A DNA stretch of 64,000 bases. Origin: a virus. The DNA lies in the IMG/VR virus record IMGVR_UViG_3300036446_000021; one strand, given 5' to 3'. Made by a program: the position numbers and the translations under genes. Below, one piece after another: positions 9,454 through 18,715 of this stretch; within the stretch, counting starts at the first letter, position 1, and every line of letters begins with the position of its first letter. The notes beneath the pieces are model-generated. The model did not search any database and was not told the DNA's origin. It worked only from the letters and a program-made list of their open reading frames with translations.

Positions 9454-9786
9454 TTACGGCTTTGCCTTCTTCTGCACCGTTACCGCGATCGCCCCTCCAG
9501 TACCCACAGCAGGCACGACGATCGACAGCAATTGCCCGATCGTGTCAGGGCTTAACCCGAACTTGAGCGAACTGTTGTCGCTTTTGTATTCCCAAGTGAA
9601 CCCAGCCAACGCCCCGATCGCCAGTGCTCCACCTAAAGCCAGCGAAGCGCTTAGCAATTTCAGGCGGATGTCTAGCTGTTGTTCTAGCCCTTGTACTCGG
9701 TTCTGCAAGTCGGCGATCGTCTCTTCTTGATTGCTCTGGCTCCTCATTTGAGAAGTGGCGAGATCGGGCTTCAGGTGTTCAGTCAT
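9454..9786 (-). CDS. Small two-TM protein, holin-like
   Basis: Coiled coil, two hydrophobic segments and basic C-terminus QKKAKP. Confidence 0.4.
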   Translation of the reverse strand: MTEHLKPDLATSQMRSQSNQEETIADLQNRVQGLEQQLDIRLKLLSASLALGGALAIGALAGFTWEYKSDNSSLKFGLSPDTIGQLLSIVVPAVGTGGAIAVTVQKKAKP

Positions 9787-10088
9787 AGCTGTTCACTTCC
9801 TTGGGCTTCAAAGGTTTGAAGATCGCCAACAGTTAGTGCCCATCTCCAGACGATAATCTGAAAACCGTAGTAAGTGCCTTCTTCAAAATCGCGATCTACA
9901 ATGGCTACATTAAATATTTGGTGCTGCTTTGACCCATCTTTGCAATAGACAAACCATAGCCCGTCGTCAGACCATTTAGAGTGAATGATGAATCGCTTAA
10001 ATAGAACCATTTTCAACTCCGACTGGTGGATCATCACCGGGATGGCAATGGCAGCAACGGCAAAGGCGATCGCAACAGTCCAACTCAT
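9783..10088 (-). CDS. Hypothetical protein with N-terminal hydrophobic segment
   Basis: MSWTVAIAFAVAAIAIPVMI; ATGA overlap with the next gene. Confidence 0.45.
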   Translation of the reverse strand: MSWTVAIAFAVAAIAIPVMIHQSELKMVLFKRFIIHSKWSDDGLWFVYCKDGSKQHQIFNVAIVDRDFEEGTYYGFQIIVWRWALTVGDLQTFEAQGSEQL

Positions 10089-10091
10089 ATC

Positions 10092-10319
10092 TCACCACAT
10101 CTTGTGTTTTTGGGTTCTGTCAGTTAGCGATGTTGCGATGTGCAGTCGAGAACTATCTATGACTTCACGATGATAAAGCTCCCACAAGATGTGGTTAAAG
10201 AGCGGTTTCCATATAGGATACGTCAAACGCAGAAGAGGCTTACGCCAATACTGGTATGGGTTGTAACAAAAAACATGCTTACAAATTTCTTGAGACTGCT
10301 GCTCATTAATAGCTTGCAT
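10092..10319 (-). CDS. Hypothetical phage protein
   Basis: 75-aa ORF in a co-oriented run. Confidence 0.45.
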   Translation of the reverse strand: MQAINEQQSQEICKHVFCYNPYQYWRKPLLRLTYPIWKPLFNHILWELYHREVIDSSRLHIATSLTDRTQKHKMW

Positions 10320-10375
10320 TGTTAAACTCCTGTAAATTAAAACAAACGGCGGCTCATCTCATAGCGGTAATTTAC

Positions 10376-10564
10376 TCAATCGAGTTTTGCCTGGATAAAA
10401 CAATCTTTTGCTTCAAGCAACTTCCGCATCCCTGCTGATTTTTCAGCGCCATCAGGCAATGTTGTATCCATTAATCTGGCTAAATCAGCGATCGGTCTGC
10501 TTACATCTTGCAAGTGCTGTGGCAGGTGGTCATAGACGAAATATTTGTCAACAATGGCTACCAA
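10376..10564 (-). CDS. Small helical-hairpin phage protein, Acb2/Tad1-hairpin-like candidate nucleotide sponge
   Basis: YFVYDHLPQHLQDVSRPIADLA...LPDGAEKSAGMRKLLEAKDCFIQA matches a recurrent phage family I recognise; the LPxxxEKSxxxxKLxEA segment resembles sponge hairpins. Confidence 0.55.
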   Translation of the reverse strand: MVAIVDKYFVYDHLPQHLQDVSRPIADLARLMDTTLPDGAEKSAGMRKLLEAKDCFIQAKLD

Positions 10565-10578
10565 TGTTGTTCCTCCAA

Positions 10579-10881
10579 TTAAACATCCTTACTGATCATG
10601 TTGTCAGGCAAAGCCTTGTCACCCTGAGCGGCAATTGTGGCAGCACCCATCATGGCCGCGATCGCATCTGCGTCACTGATGTCAGCTTGATCCACGGCTT
10701 CAGCAGACAGCCTGAGTTGTTCAGCTTGGGGCAGATACGCCTGAAGGTGAGCCACAACCGTCTCAAGTGCTTCTACTCGCCCTTCTAAGTGGTCGTGCAT
10801 CCCTGCCAGTGCTGCTAGTTGCTGTTCTAGAAGGGTAAGGCGATCGTGCGCTAAAGCCGCATTCGGTTCGTTCAAAGGCAT
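10579..10881 (-). CDS. Coiled-coil hypothetical protein (likely start ATG 10881)
   Basis: LTLLEQQLAALAGMHDHLEGRVEALE heptads; the start abuts the upstream stop at 10883. Confidence 0.55.
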   Translation of the reverse strand: MPLNEPNAALAHDRLTLLEQQLAALAGMHDHLEGRVEALETVVAHLQAYLPQAEQLRLSAEAVDQADISDADAIAAMMGAATIAAQGDKALPDNMISKDV

Positions 10882-10882
10882 G

Positions 10883-11194
10883 CTATTGCCCTCCCTGTGG
10901 CGGCTCGTAAGGCGCGTAATTACCTTGAGGTGGTCGGTAAGTTGGAGCCGTTGGAGGCTTCTGAGTAAACCAGGAAAAGACGCTGCCCAAAACACCCGCG
11001 ATCGGGATCGTCATGTGTGGCGCTACACCAAAGCCGGCTAGCGTACCAGAAACGGAAGCACCCACGCCAGAAATAGTTGTAATCACATCGAGAGTCGGTT
11101 GACGCATGACTTTCAAGAAGGGAGTAGTACACCCATATTTTGCCCTACTGTCAACAAAAGGGGGCGATCGAGTACCCGATCTCCCCAGCATCAT
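10883..11194 (-). CDS. Small two-TM protein, holin-like
   Basis: VITTISGVGASVSGTLAGFGVAPHMTIPIAGVLGSVFSWF. Confidence 0.4.
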   Translation of the reverse strand: MMLGRSGTRSPPFVDSRAKYGCTTPFLKVMRQPTLDVITTISGVGASVSGTLAGFGVAPHMTIPIAGVLGSVFSWFTQKPPTAPTYRPPQGNYAPYEPPQGGQ

Positions 11195-11222
11195 TCATGC
11201 TTCAATCTGTTTCCAAAATACG

Positions 11223-11546
11223 TCATGCGGACGGAGTCGCTGCTTCCAGGTAGGTGATCAACTCCTGAATTTGCCCCTCCTCTTCCACATCTTGCTGCTT
11301 CACCACTGCTAAATCAGCCTTGGCGGTCTCGGCTTCTGCCTTGGCTGTTGCCGCCTCTTGCAACAGGGCTTGAATGCGTTCTTCAGTCTCAGCAGGTAGC
11401 GCTGCTGTATCGGCTGGCTTTTGTTTGAGATCAGCGTTCTCTGCCTTCAGCGCTACGTTTTCCTCCTGGTACTCTGCTAGGGATGCGATCGCGGCTTTCA
11501 AGCGACTCACGATCCCATCAATCAATTCTTTAAGTCTTGCAAGCAT
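11223..11546 (-). CDS. Acidic Ala-rich coiled-coil protein (likely start ATG 11546)
   Basis: MLARLKELIDGIVSRLKAAIASLAEYQEENVALKAENADLK. Confidence 0.6.
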   Translation of the reverse strand: MLARLKELIDGIVSRLKAAIASLAEYQEENVALKAENADLKQKPADTAALPAETEERIQALLQEAATAKAEAETAKADLAVVKQQDVEEEGQIQELITYLEAATPSA

Positions 11547-12019
11547 TGTACTGATTCCATTAGTACAGGACGACTCTATTAAGCCATGAAAAACCCGTCG
11601 CGGCATTTACACGAGGGGAAAGAGTGACTTCGATCGTCCCAGACAATAGAACTCAATATAGAACTTCTGTATTAGCTCAATATAGTTGCTCAACTTGGTT
11701 TCGCATCGCCGTAATTGCCACCTTTGCTGACGGTCACGCTGGGCACCACGCCGCCGCTGGCAATACCACCACCTGTGCTGATTAATTTAGCGCTGAGCGA
11801 TCCGTTAGCTGGTATGCCGTGTCGCTGGGTGAGCTAACGGAAGCGCAAGCCCTGGTCGCCAACCGCTCTGCTGACCCTCGCGCCCGCATCGGCAGCGGCA
11901 TGGGGAGCTACGGTCTAGCCCCGGCACTGGCAGCACAACTGCGGAGCGCCGTCCGCCAGGTATGGCTGCAAGCTTGACAATTTTGAGCCACGAAGACACA
12001 ATCGGGCTGTAAGCACCAA

Positions 12020-12304
12020 TTGATCGCCATGCTTGTTGACGCGGCTTCGCTCTATTTTGGCTACTTTGACCGCCCCAACCAGGACGCTCCGACTTATGAT
12101 CCGGGCATGGCGGGCGGGAAGTGTCTGCTTTGTGGTAATCCGCTAGCGCGCCCGGTCAAGACCATCAGCCTCATGCGGGATGGTGATTCTCGCTCCTATT
12201 TCTACCGGGCACATAAAGCCTGTTACGAAGGCGCGGACGCAGCGACCATTACCCAGTACGAATCAGCGCTCATTGATGCTCCCCTGAGCAGTGAGCCGCT
12301 TTAA
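12020..12304 (+). CDS. Hypothetical protein with putative Zn-binding residues
   Basis: CLLCG...HKAC; DNA visibly richer in GC than its flanks. Confidence 0.55.
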   Translation: MIAMLVDAASLYFGYFDRPNQDAPTYDPGMAGGKCLLCGNPLARPVKTISLMRDGDSRSYFYRAHKACYEGADAATITQYESALIDAPLSSEPL

Positions 12305-12316
12305 CCTTTTTGCACC

Positions 12317-12476
12317 ATGACCAATACTTTTTGATGACCCGCTGGCTGACGACCCAGAGCCTAGTGCGATCTTTTCGCTGAGCGATGCGGACGCGCTGGC
12401 GGCATCGCTGAGTTATATAGGTCAATATTTGTATATGGAAATCGATTTTAGCAAAGAGGCGTTTAGTAATGGCTAA
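12317..12476 (+). pseudogene. Small acidic ORF broken by one extra T in a T5 run
   Basis: ATG ACC AAT ACT TTT TGA; the +1 frame from 12333 reads DDPLADDPEPSAIFSLSDADALAASLSYIGQYLYMEIDFSKEAFSNG* and its stop overlaps the ATG at 12469. Confidence 0.5.
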
Positions 12477-12666
12477 TACAGCAGATGACGCATTACTGAA
12501 GGCGCTGCAAGACTACCGCGATCGCGTCACTGTACAGGTAGAGACAATTGCCTCCGATGCGCGACAAAACGGGACATTTCTTGCCGCGTCTTTGCAGGGA
12601 CGGCAACAGTTCACGGTGCCTGTGTTGGACTCATCGGTGAGTAGAAGTTCAGGCACAATCGGTTAG
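12469..12666 (+). CDS. Hypothetical virion-associated protein
   Basis: 65-aa ORF just upstream of the tail-fibre gene. Confidence 0.5.
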   Translation: MANTADDALLKALQDYRDRVTVQVETIASDARQNGTFLAASLQGRQQFTVPVLDSSVSRSSGTIG

Positions 12667-12701
12667 CCAAGGCATAATGAGAGTAGTTTGTCAACGCTTC
12701 T

Positions 12702-15700
12702 ATGACTGCTGTTTACGCCACCCTTCGATCGCAAGCCTCTAACATCACCTTCAGTGCCGTTTCCGGTGGTTCCCTCACTGGTAGCGGCACTTTGTATTTC
12801 TGTGCCCAACTGCGATCGCGCGCTGGCTTAAACTTACCTACTACACCCGTTAGTGTCAGCTATACCGCAGGGCAACGCATTGCCGTGACGATCGCGTCTT
12901 CTGCTATTTCAGCAGTCGAAGCGGGGTCAGCCCATGCCGTTGTGATTAGTGCAGCGACAACGAATGATGTCACCCAAATGGTCAAGTTGGGGTCATTCAG
13001 TTTGCTTCAGTCTGATCAGATAACACAAGTGACGCTGCCACAGACGTTCTACTTGTCCACCCCTGCTCAGATTGCCCTGGCTCAAGCGATCGCCACTCAA
13101 GCTTCTCTGCCAACGGGTAGTGATTTGCTTCAGGGAATGGTGCGACAAATTACGGCACCGACCGGGGGAGTAGCAGCAGGCTATTACAAATACGAGCCAA
13201 ATGCGACGAGTGGCGCGATCGCGGCTTCTCCTAACGGGTACTGGGTTAGCTCTTACCCCTGGATCGATGCGCCCAACGGTTTTACGACATACATTGGTAT
13301 CAGCACGGACAACCCTGGAGGATGCGACTATCCTTTGCAGGCGGTAGGCAGCGATGCTCTGTTGTTACCTGCTTACAACCCAGTAGCAGGTGCCAGCACA
13401 CCACTGAGAATAGCCATTGAAAACGGGCTGACTGAGGATGGTGGAAACAGTGTTGAGGCGCTTTCGCCAATTGGCATGATCGTGCTTGCTAACGGGGTCA
13501 ATTTATCAGCAGCATTTAGTGGCGCGATCGATGTCACTTATCTGGGTTTGGCGCGTAAGTCCACCGGGACGCTGGACACTTCCGATCCAAATGTGGGAGT
13601 CAACAAAACCGTAACGCTCTTTGCGGGCGCTGCCAATGCTCAGCAGAACGCCCAGGGCAACTCAACACTGAGTAGCTATGCCTCAACTAACCTGACCTTT
13701 CCGCAAGCAGTGCCGCGCGGCTATTTTGCGCTGTTCACGGTGCGCTTCAATGCTCAAGCAAACAAAGTTAGCCAGTTTATCAATGGTGAAGATATCACGC
13801 TTTATCTGGATGCTGTGGGTGACGTGGGTGAGTATTCAGCCCTAGCAGAAGCGATCGGGGATACCGTTCTGCGATACTCTGACTTGCCGAATGATGGTTA
13901 CCTGCGGGTGCTACCTGCGGCCAACTCGATCGTCTCTCAACCTGGTCTGGGCGTTTTCCAGGGGTATATTGCCAGACGGGCAGGGACACGATCGGCTTCA
14001 CTTTCTGTGGCAGACACCGCAGGGCAAAAGGTAGCGATCGCGGGTACCAGCAACGGTCAAATTATTGTTCGTCAACCGTCAGACACGCTACTACCCACTG
14101 AAGCGCTACGAACCAAAGTCAGCACCTCCCCAGGAACAGCAGACGCTACGGCGACGGGGGCAGCGTTCAGCAGCGCAATCAGTGTCGGTACGTCCGGCAC
14201 GCTTAATATTGCGTTGACATATCCGACAAGCATTCGGGCAAATTACCCGGATGAGATCGCAGGCACCACAGCCCCTTACAATGTGCCCCGGCTCAAGGTC
14301 TACCTGAAGGTGGGCGGGGTGATCACTGAGCAATCAGTGTTGATCACAGTAACACCGGGCGGCGGTACGCAGAACATTGTTGTTAGCGCTAACTCTGGCT
14401 CTACAGTAGGCACTCTGCCAACAAACGCTGATCCTGCTTTCTGCTTGTTCAACGCACCTTCAGCATCGGGCAGTGCCGGGACGGGCGGCAGTCTGGCAGC
14501 GGGCAGCTATCAATATGCGGTAGTGCCACACTTCCCTACCGGGAATATGCAGGCGACAGCGCTTAGCCACAAAGTCAGTGATGGCTGTGTCCCTGAGATT
14601 CTGACTGATTTAGCAACGGCGATCGGTGGGGCAAAAGGTTACACCACGCTCGCGGCAAGTTTTGTGCAACCAGCAGTCGGTGGCACGGTTATTGCTTATC
14701 CTGGCGTGACGGATTTCTTTGGTGTGGGGCAACCTGTCTTTGTCGCGGGTGGGGGTGGTTACACGCTGCAAAGCAAGACTGCAAGCGCGCTCACATTGCT
14801 CAGAGCGATCGACAATGGCAGTGCCTATGCAGCGACGGGCGGCACAGTAGCCAGCGGTGGGTTAGTTGTGCCCGGTGGTCAGCCAGGGTTGACGGGTGCA
14901 ACGGGGTCAATTAATGGGATTGGTTACAGCTTCAGCAATGCGATAACGGGTGCCCCTGCCAGTGGTGGGTTATTGCTCAACAACGCAACACCTGGTAGTG
15001 CCACAACGATCAGAGTGTCAGAGAGCGATCGTCTCGCAGCGAGTACTGTCAATTTTCTCAATGCTCTCACTGCTAACAGCTTGTTGCAACTTGCTAGTGA
15101 TGCCGATAAGAGTGTTTACCACTGGTACACGTATGTTAGCCAAGTGGACAACGGCACAGACAGATCTCTGACCGTTACTTACTTGTTTGGTAACGGGTCG
15201 CTGGTGAATGCGTCTAATGTGACGGTGGGACTGGTGCTGGCAGGGGCAACGGGTGCAGCAGGTACGAATGGCGCTAATGGAACAAATGGGACAAACGGTA
15301 CCAATGGGGTGAATGCCTATACCGCTACTACTGCCAGTTTCACTCAGCCTGCAAGCGGCAGTACTGTTCCAGTGGCGGTTGGCTCAACTGCCTGGATGGT
15401 AAATGGAGAGGTTCTGGTCGTTGCCACGGGGGGCTATTACTCTGTCGCGTCTATCACAGACGCGACCCATGTTGTGCTGACCAATCTTGGCTACACAGGC
15501 AATGCTTCAACCAGTAGCACGATCGCCTCTGGCTCTGCGATCTCACCGGGGGGCGTTAAAGGGCAAGATGGCACGGGGGCTGGGACTGTCACGAATTTTA
15601 GCGCAGGTGATCTCTATCCCTTTTTTACAACCACAGAAGCGACTCCGACAACTACGCCTGCACTGACATTTACGCTGACAAAAGCAGATTTATACAAGTG

Positions 15701-15719
15701 GAATCTTTTTTACGGATAA
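12702..15719 (+). CDS. Tail fibre/spike protein with collagen-like repeats
   Basis: Gly/Thr/Ala/Ser-rich; GATGAAGTNGANGTNGTNGTNG; duplicated domain YT(T/A)xxASF(V/T)QPA.G.TV. Confidence 0.72.
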   Translation: MTAVYATLRSQASNITFSAVSGGSLTGSGTLYFCAQLRSRAGLNLPTTPVSVSYTAGQRIAVTIASSAISAVEAGSAHAVVISAATTNDVTQMVKLGSFSLLQSDQITQVTLPQTFYLSTPAQIALAQAIATQASLPTGSDLLQGMVRQITAPTGGVAAGYYKYEPNATSGAIAASPNGYWVSSYPWIDAPNGFTTYIGISTDNPGGCDYPLQAVGSDALLLPAYNPVAGASTPLRIAIENGLTEDGGNSVEALSPIGMIVLANGVNLSAAFSGAIDVTYLGLARKSTGTLDTSDPNVGVNKTVTLFAGAANAQQNAQGNSTLSSYASTNLTFPQAVPRGYFALFTVRFNAQANKVSQFINGEDITLYLDAVGDVGEYSALAEAIGDTVLRYSDLPNDGYLRVLPAANSIVSQPGLGVFQGYIARRAGTRSASLSVADTAGQKVAIAGTSNGQIIVRQPSDTLLPTEALRTKVSTSPGTADATATGAAFSSAISVGTSGTLNIALTYPTSIRANYPDEIAGTTAPYNVPRLKVYLKVGGVITEQSVLITVTPGGGTQNIVVSANSGSTVGTLPTNADPAFCLFNAPSASGSAGTGGSLAAGSYQYAVVPHFPTGNMQATALSHKVSDGCVPEILTDLATAIGGAKGYTTLAASFVQPAVGGTVIAYPGVTDFFGVGQPVFVAGGGGYTLQSKTASALTLLRAIDNGSAYAATGGTVASGGLVVPGGQPGLTGATGSINGIGYSFSNAITGAPASGGLLLNNATPGSATTIRVSESDRLAASTVNFLNALTANSLLQLASDADKSVYHWYTYVSQVDNGTDRSLTVTYLFGNGSLVNASNVTVGLVLAGATGAAGTNGANGTNGTNGTNGVNAYTATTASFTQPASGSTVPVAVGSTAWMVNGEVLVVATGGYYSVASITDATHVVLTNLGYTGNASTSSTIASGSAISPGGVKGQDGTGAGTVTNFSAGDLYPFFTTTEATPTTTPALTFTLTKADLYKWNLFYG

Positions 15720-15722
15720 GCT

Positions 15723-16040
15723 ATGCCAGTCACCAATAAAGTCAAGACAGTTGTACTTACAACAACCCTCACGACCGCTCTCTTGACGGCTGGAAGTGCT
15801 GAAACAATCCGGGTGACTCATATTATTGCGAGTTGCGGTACAACTGCGGGTTCGCTTACGCTTTCACTCAACGACAACTCTGGTAGCGTACTGGCACGTC
15901 TCTGGAACGCCAAGGCCATTAACGCTAATGCAAATCTGGAAATATTCGACCTGTTTCTTGAGTCGAACGACGAATTGAGAGGCGGTTACACAACTGCCTC
16001 CAGTGCTGAGCTTACAATTTGTTACCAGGTGGAAACCTGA
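15723..16040 (+). CDS. Small beta-rich virion protein
   Basis: TLTTALLTAGSAETIRVTHIIAS...LFLESNDELRG; within the fibre cluster. Confidence 0.55.
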   Translation: MPVTNKVKTVVLTTTLTTALLTAGSAETIRVTHIIASCGTTAGSLTLSLNDNSGSVLARLWNAKAINANANLEIFDLFLESNDELRGGYTTASSAELTICYQVET

Positions 16041-16846
16041 TGCCGTTTTATCGCTTGCCAATGGACGGCGTGCCCAACAGGATGCGATCGCCGATCGCTG
16101 TAGAAAGCGCAGTTACAGGCATGATTGCTGCTCTAGCAACAACAAACCTTGCTCTGCGTCTTGTTGCCAAAACTGATTACGTCACTTTAGCGAGTGGTGT
16201 AGTAACTCAAATTCTGGACATTTCAGGCAATAGCAATACCGCAACACAAAGTAGTAGTGGTGTTCGTCCTGTATGGAACGCTACGGCTGTGGCGGACAGC
16301 AAACCCGCGATCGTGTTTGATCGCTCCACTTATCTAGACATTGCCAACTCAAGCTCAATGCAAATTAGTGCGGGCATGACCTATTACGGGGTTGCACGCT
16401 ATGACAATTTTGCAGACAGTCAGCACAACACCATCATTGAGAAAGGGCCGCATGGTGTAGGGGCGAACTACGTCTTTGGTAAAGGCAACAGCGCACTCAG
16501 CAACGCATTGAAGTTTACCTATGTTGATTCAAACTTCAGAGACGTAGTTGAGTCGACTCATTATCAAGGTGCTGACAATACTTTCTATGTTTACTGTGTT
16601 GTTGTGAGACAAAGCGCTGGACAGGTGGATTTCTATGTCAATGGAAGCCTGAAATCTACAGTTTCCGACTCTTATGGGCTGGACTATGGAGCCACATCAA
16701 CAACGGGTGCTCGTATCGGACTAAACAATAGTGATGACGAAGGGTTAGCAGGCGCGATCGCAGAGTTAGTGATTGATCGTGCGGAGCATACCTCAACTGT
16801 TGTGAGTAATAACACAACAGCACTACGCGCATATTGGGGCATTTGA
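16040..16846 (+). CDS. LamG/concanavalin-A-like jelly-roll virion protein
   Basis: PAIVFD...YLDIANSSSMQI...QVDFYVNG...ARIG...LAGAIAELVI; ATG 16040 overlaps the upstream TGA. Confidence 0.75.
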   Translation: MPFYRLPMDGVPNRMRSPIAVESAVTGMIAALATTNLALRLVAKTDYVTLASGVVTQILDISGNSNTATQSSSGVRPVWNATAVADSKPAIVFDRSTYLDIANSSSMQISAGMTYYGVARYDNFADSQHNTIIEKGPHGVGANYVFGKGNSALSNALKFTYVDSNFRDVVESTHYQGADNTFYVYCVVVRQSAGQVDFYVNGSLKSTVSDSYGLDYGATSTTGARIGLNNSDDEGLAGAIAELVIDRAEHTSTVVSNNTTALRAYWGI

Positions 16847-16847
16847 T

Positions 16848-17870
16848 TTGCGGTATTCTTTCCTGGACGCAGTTCGAGCTTTGTCAGCACTTTATATTCT
16901 TGCCCATCATGCCTACATTTTGCAGTTTGGTGAAGGTGCGACGGGTCAACTGACTGATGCGTTGCTCTACGGACATCTGGGTGTTACCACGTTTATTGTG
17001 CTAAGCGGGCTTTGCTTGGGGCTACCGCTGAGACAGAACAAACCGATTTTTTATCGGCAATGGTTCAAACATCGCTGTCAGCGCATCATGCCGCCTTACT
17101 ATGGGGCGATCGCGGTGATTGGTCTAATCACTGCAACCAAAGCCTCACTGCTGGGCTTTTTTATACCGATTACAATAAATGGTATGTTAGCCAATCTGTT
17201 ACTGCTTGGGGATGTCTACCCCAACTTGGCAAAGCAGTTCAGCATTACTTTCTGGAGTGTCTGTGTTGAATTTAAAATATACATGTTCTTTCCACTGCTG
17301 GTAGCTGCGTGGCGGCGGTGGAACATATTGGGACTTTTAGTATGCTCCACTTTTTGTGCCAGTGTTGCCGCGATCTCTCAAAACCTTTTACAGATACCGC
17401 TTGATTATGCTTGCCCTTGGTACGTGATAATTTTTGCTGTTGGCATCGCAATTTCTCAGTCTAATAGCAAGTGCTGGCATCTTGTTTCACTGCTTGGTTT
17501 TACCTGTCTAGCGTCACTGCTCTACTGCTTCCCCTACACCCAAACCGGGGCTTTAGAACTATTCAAACCACACCTTCTGCCCATTGATCTTGCATTCGGA
17601 TTAAGCGTTGGGGCATTGATGGGATGGCTGATTTCTAAAAATTCAAATAGATGGCTTGATTTTAAATTATTTAAATGGTTAGCGGCATGGAGCTACAGCC
17701 TCTATCTCATTCACTATCCTTTGTTGAAACAAGTTAACTTTCTGTTGTCACTGGTGGAGGTAAGAGGTTGGCAAGCGATCGCTTTTGAAACCATCCCTGT
17801 CCTCGCTTGCTGTTACCTTTTCTCGCTGGTGTTTGAGCGGCGATATGCCATAAAGGAACCATGCCACTAG
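16848..17870 (+). CDS. Acyltransferase-3 (OafA-like) multi-pass membrane O-acyltransferase
   Basis: LDAVRALSALYILAHH, GHLGVTTFIVLSG, RCQRIMPPYY, FWSVCVEFKIY, WSYSLYLIHYP, FERR. Confidence 0.9.
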   Translation: MRYSFLDAVRALSALYILAHHAYILQFGEGATGQLTDALLYGHLGVTTFIVLSGLCLGLPLRQNKPIFYRQWFKHRCQRIMPPYYGAIAVIGLITATKASLLGFFIPITINGMLANLLLLGDVYPNLAKQFSITFWSVCVEFKIYMFFPLLVAAWRRWNILGLLVCSTFCASVAAISQNLLQIPLDYACPWYVIIFAVGIAISQSNSKCWHLVSLLGFTCLASLLYCFPYTQTGALELFKPHLLPIDLAFGLSVGALMGWLISKNSNRWLDFKLFKWLAAWSYSLYLIHYPLLKQVNFLLSLVEVRGWQAIAFETIPVLACCYLFSLVFERRYAIKEPCH

Positions 17871-18715
17871 AAGACGACCTCCCCAAAGCCCTGACTCCGC
17901 TCTCGCCGATCAAGCAGGGAAGGTTGCTCACAGCGCGCGGCGGGATGCCTGGTGAGCAAGTTTGGGTTGAAGTGGAAGGATCGCCGATTTCGCAACGACT
18001 GACCTGTGCCACCGTAGTCAACTCTGAGCGCGTGACCGTGATTGGAGACAGGGTTTTTTGTGCGTCAGTGCCCAGGACATTACTTTCACGCACGTTAGAG
18101 TACAGTCGGTATCGACCGATCGGGGCACCCGTAAAGAACCCTGGCTTTGTTTTCTGGACAGACACTCAATGGCTAGATCCGCAGCTAAGTACAGATGTTT
18201 TGTACGAGATCATCAGGCTGTTTAACACAAACACAATTTACGGTTTAAGTGCCAGTGCTACTGGTTTTAATCGAGTACAAAACCTTTTGGGTGTGCCTGC
18301 TGTGTCCAGCGCCCTTGCGGCTAAAAATATTCAAATAAAAACAGTAGCAAGCATTGCAGAAGCGGTCGGTAAAGGTCTGTTCCTTCTCGACTTAATGGCT
18401 ACGTTTACCATCTTCAGCAGTGATGACTTTAATTCCTTGCGTCAGATCGCTCAAACAAATGGATTATTAGTTTCTGGTGAGCGCTTTTCTTGGCTTGCTT
18501 ACAACAATCGCATCCTACGCGGCATGGGTATAAGAGATGAGGTCACAATCGAAGTACCACCGATCGAGGATTCAGACTTTAGGACGGTGGGTAGATTGCC
18601 AAGTCTTTCTTTTCTTGGTAGTGGTAACTGCAAATTCGTCGGTTTGACCGCTTCCGAAATACTTGTGAAGAACGGTTTAGACGATAACGTTTTCGCCTTT
18701 TTTGATGTTACCTAA
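17861..18715 (+). CDS. Hypothetical virion-associated protein
   Basis: 284-aa ORF closing the plus-strand fibre cluster, convergent with the tail genes. Confidence 0.55.
   Translation: MPLEDDLPKALTPLSPIKQGRLLTARGGMPGEQVWVEVEGSPISQRLTCATVVNSERVTVIGDRVFCASVPRTLLSRTLEYSRYRPIGAPVKNPGFVFWTDTQWLDPQLSTDVLYEIIRLFNTNTIYGLSASATGFNRVQNLLGVPAVSSALAAKNIQIKTVASIAEAVGKGLFLLDLMATFTIFSSDDFNSLRQIAQTNGLLVSGERFSWLAYNNRILRGMGIRDEVTIEVPPIEDSDFRTVGRLPSLSFLGSGNCKFVGLTASEILVKNGLDDNVFAFFDVT

Noticed and set aside
11624-11977. Possible stop-codon readthrough ORF (two in-frame segments separated by one TAA)
   Set aside because: The first half is not protein-like and overlaps the repeat region; one in-frame stop is expected by chance
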